Part shown: positions 61,259 to 64,000 of the stretch, piece after piece
Position numbering within the stretch: position 1 is the stretch's first letter
Layout: each line of letters starts with the position of its first letter
NCBI GenBank assembly: GCA_965216315.1
Contig: CBDCFN010000016.1
Location: 1,184,001-1,248,000, forward strand
DNA length: 64,000 bases
Origin: a bacterium
Lineage (GTDB): Bacteria; UBA10199; 2-02-FULL-50-16; JAJFLM01
Direction: 5' to 3'
Notes under the pieces: model-generated
Database searches by the model: none
The model's input: the letters and a program-made list of their open reading frames with translations, nothing else
What the model was told of the DNA's origin: nothing
Program-made: the position numbers and the translations under genes

Positions 61259-62687
61259 CGGTTTTGTCTCCAAACAGCTCGTTTTTTTGTTTGCCATCTT
61301 GATTGGCGCGGCACTTGGCATGCCGGCACGACTTGAGGCGGGGATCTTTCGGCAATCGGTTCCCGATAAAGAGTTGCCGCCTGTCGTGCCGCGACCCGAC
61401 TATACGCGCAATCGACCTGAACTCCCGGAATTGATCTTAAAAGAGAAGGCGGAGGGGCGTTATGTCACGGGTCTTCCATTAATTGGTTGGGATCCTGATG
61501 CGGGGTTTAAATTTGGGGGTATTTTTAACCTGTTCGACAACGGTCCCAAAGAAGATCCCTACTTTCGTATCAGTGAATACAGTCAACTTTTCTCCGTCTT
61601 GGCCTTGGGGAGTACCGGAGGTGTCGTTAAAGTCCTGGCGGCTTACGACCAACCTTATATCTTTGATTCCCCGTGGCGTATTCGTGGGGCTCTCTATTTT
61701 GGGCGCGATCCGGGGGCAAACTATTTCGGTATTGGTAATGACAGTTTGAATCTGACTTTTCCGGGGTCGGCGCAGAGTTTCAGCAAGTATGATGATTACA
61801 GAAATGCGCTTGATCAAGAGAGTGGGGGCTTCACATTTGCACGCTACGATCAATTCAAAAGCAGGCGAATTGAGTTATTAGGGTCTGCCGAATATGACCT
61901 TGTCGGTGGGTTGCTGCGCCCTTTGATCGGCTTTAAAGTGTCGCGTGTCTCCGTCGGTGATTTTACCGGGGAGACGGTCAACGCAATCAATGCTGCCGGG
62001 CAAAAAGTAAGGGCGATTCAGCGAAATACGCATTTGCAAGATGACTGTCTTGCCGGCCGGGTTGTCGGTTGTGGTGGCGGCTGGGACAATTATCTTAAGC
62101 TGGGCATTGTCTTTGATACGCGTAATTTTGCTCCCGATCCAAGTTTGGGATTGATGACGGAGCTGACTTCAGAACTCTCCCATAAACTCTTGGGCTCTTC
62201 ATTTAATTATGGCCGACTCACAGCGAGTGGGCGCGCCTTTTGGAAACTTTTTGACTGGCGCAAGCAACAAGCTGTTCTTGCCGGACGTCTCATTTATTCA
62301 TGGCAATTCGGAGATATTCCGTTCTACTCAATGAATCAGTTGGCCTTGACGGATGGAGATGTAGAGGGTCTGGGCGGGTTTAGTACCTTGCGCGGTTTTC
62401 ATGAAAATCGTTTCATCGGGCCGAGTTCCGTTTTGGCGAATATTGAGCTTCGTTGGAGTTTCATTGATTTTACCATCCTACACCAACACATTAAGCTGAT
62501 GGTGACACCGTTTCTCGATACGGGCCGTGTCTTTGAGGATGTGGGTGAAACTTCTTTTGGAGGTTGGAAAACCGGGGGTGGGGCCGGTCTGCGCGTCGCT
62601 TGGAACCTTGCGACGATTATGAGTCTGGACTTTGGCGTCAGCTCGGAAGGGACGACACTCTTCATGGAGCTGGGGCACCAGTTTTAA
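61212..62687 (+). CDS. Omp85/BamA-superfamily outer membrane beta-barrel (start uncertain)
   Basis: LGGFSTLRGF (VRGF-like), ELRW, PFLDTGRV, GAGLR, terminal LGHQF. Confidence 0.85.
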   Translation: MVYTGRFPTLPPSRHNGFVSKQLVFLFAILIGAALGMPARLEAGIFRQSVPDKELPPVVPRPDYTRNRPELPELILKEKAEGRYVTGLPLIGWDPDAGFKFGGIFNLFDNGPKEDPYFRISEYSQLFSVLALGSTGGVVKVLAAYDQPYIFDSPWRIRGALYFGRDPGANYFGIGNDSLNLTFPGSAQSFSKYDDYRNALDQESGGFTFARYDQFKSRRIELLGSAEYDLVGGLLRPLIGFKVSRVSVGDFTGETVNAINAAGQKVRAIQRNTHLQDDCLAGRVVGCGGGWDNYLKLGIVFDTRNFAPDPSLGLMTELTSELSHKLLGSSFNYGRLTASGRAFWKLFDWRKQQAVLAGRLIYSWQFGDIPFYSMNQLALTDGDVEGLGGFSTLRGFHENRFIGPSSVLANIELRWSFIDFTILHQHIKLMVTPFLDTGRVFEDVGETSFGGWKTGGGAGLRVAWNLATIMSLDFGVSSEGTTLFMELGHQF

Positions 62688-62740
62688 ATCAGTAGAAAGG
62701 TCTTGTCATTTCAATGGCTTAGCGCTTATCATCGTTCACC

Positions 62741-64000
62741 ATGCGGGCTCTGGTTGAATTCTTTCTCAAGCGTAAACTCGTCGTTAATATCCTTTTAATC
62801 GCAATCTTGATTCTTGCCGCACAGTCGATGCGTACGGCGACACGGAATATTTTTCCCGAGGTCGATTTGTCGACCATGCTCATCACAACAGTCTACCCAG
62901 GGGCATCTCCAAAAGACGTGGAGCAAAATGTCACACGTCTGCTCGAAGAGGAACTAGAAGGAGTTACCGGCATAGACAAGTTTACTTCCGTCTCAGCGGA
63001 AAACAGTTCTGTAATCATTGTCAACGTAGATATCGATTATCCGGATCAGGATGAGGTGAAAGACGAGGTGCGACGGGCGGTTGATCGCGTGACTGATTTA
63101 CCTGAAGAGATCGATGAGCGTCCCCAAGTTGTTGATCTGAAGTCATCTGAGTTGCCGATCCTGGTCGTCGGTGTCTTTGGTGAAGCGGATTACGCGACTT
63201 TAAGGCGTACGGCGAAGCTCATTGAACGGGACCTGAGGAATATTAAAGGAGTGGCTAAGGTCGATAAGTACGCCTATCGTGATAAGGAGTTCCAGGTCGA
63301 TCTAGATCCGGTCAAGCTGGTTGAAAATTACGTGGCCCTCAATGACATCCTCTTTGCCATCGATAAGCGTAATGTGCGCTCTACTGGTGGCAGTCTGGAG
63401 TCTTTTCAAACCCAGCGCAATATTCTGACATTATCAGAATTTGAGAATACGGATCAGATTCGCGATGTCATCGTTCGATCGACTTTCACCGGTGAAAACC
63501 TTCGAGTCAGAGATGTTGCCGATGTTCATGAAGGCTTTGAGGATGAAACGATGCGTACTGGCTTCAATGGGGAGCGCGGCATTTCACTTGTCATTAAAAA
63601 ATCATCGTCAACTGACATAATCCGTTTGGTAAAGCGGGTCCAAGAATATGTCGAGACGAGGCAAGGGATGATGCCGGACGGTGTCAAAATTCTCGCAGTC
63701 AATGATTCCTCCGTCATTGTGCAAAATCGACTTAGCATAGTGATGATCAATGGCATTGTTGGCTTTATCGTCGTTATCGCTGTGCTTATTTTCTTTTTGA
63801 CCTTCAGAACGTCTTTCTGGATCGCGATGAGCATTCCCAGCGCCTTTGGCGTCGCGCTTATTTTAATGCCTGCTTTTGGTGTCGATATTAATGCGGTCTC
63901 ATTGGCAGCGATGATCACTGTATTGGGTATGCTGGTCGATGATTCGATCGTTGTGTCTGAGAATGTCTATTACTACCGAACGGTTAAAGGCATGAATGCT
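62741..64000 (+). CDS. RND efflux transporter permease (AcrB family), truncated by the window end
   Basis: frame open from ATG 62741: FPEVD, YPGASPKDVE, GMLVDDSIVVSEN. Confidence 0.9.
   Translation, partial: MRALVEFFLKRKLVVNILLIAILILAAQSMRTATRNIFPEVDLSTMLITTVYPGASPKDVEQNVTRLLEEELEGVTGIDKFTSVSAENSSVIIVNVDIDYPDQDEVKDEVRRAVDRVTDLPEEIDERPQVVDLKSSELPILVVGVFGEADYATLRRTAKLIERDLRNIKGVAKVDKYAYRDKEFQVDLDPVKLVENYVALNDILFAIDKRNVRSTGGSLESFQTQRNILTLSEFENTDQIRDVIVRSTFTGENLRVRDVADVHEGFEDETMRTGFNGERGISLVIKKSSSTDIIRLVKRVQEYVETRQGMMPDGVKILAVNDSSVIVQNRLSIVMINGIVGFIVVIAVLIFFLTFRTSFWIAMSIPSAFGVALILMPAFGVDINAVSLAAMITVLGMLVDDSIVVSENVYYYRTVKGMNA

Overview
Bacterial chromosomal window whose gene order looks deltaproteobacterial (Myxococcota/Desulfobacterota-like; inferred from synteny, not from a search). 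Housekeeping blocks are: hemA (3' part), tRNA-Val, thrS-infC-rpmI-rplT-pheS-pheT-ihfA-merR, tRNA-Pro, surE-pcm-nlpD-apt, two tRNA-Arg, ihfB, dprA-topA-xerC-hslVU-argBDFG, serC-serA-purA, a 2-oxoacid dehydrogenase operon, astA-astD plus a pentein enzyme, a Ser/Thr kinase-sigma54 activator fusion, hpt, an Omp85-family gene and a partial RND pump. The most unusual region is an AT-rich island directly after argG (~21.84-30.57 kb). There an HUH/Y1 REP-associated tyrosine transposase (RAYT) sits among copies of a short non-palindromic repeat (core CACAAG[AC/GT]GGAGGT). The repeats separate gene cassettes (a Shedu-like nuclease, a UvrD helicase + TIR-Fis-HTH pair, a membrane protein, a lipoprotein) and mark the breakpoints of diverged duplications (argG 3' end, RAYT 3' end). 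The genes flanking the island show a mirror-image G/T versus C/A codon skew. This looks like an integron-like, RAYT-built defence cassette array. Other highlights are a REP doublet inserted in frame in pheS, two tandem sigma54-driven candidate small RNAs with a shared enhancer motif, and a possible non-orthologous AstB. All counts and alignments were done by eye.
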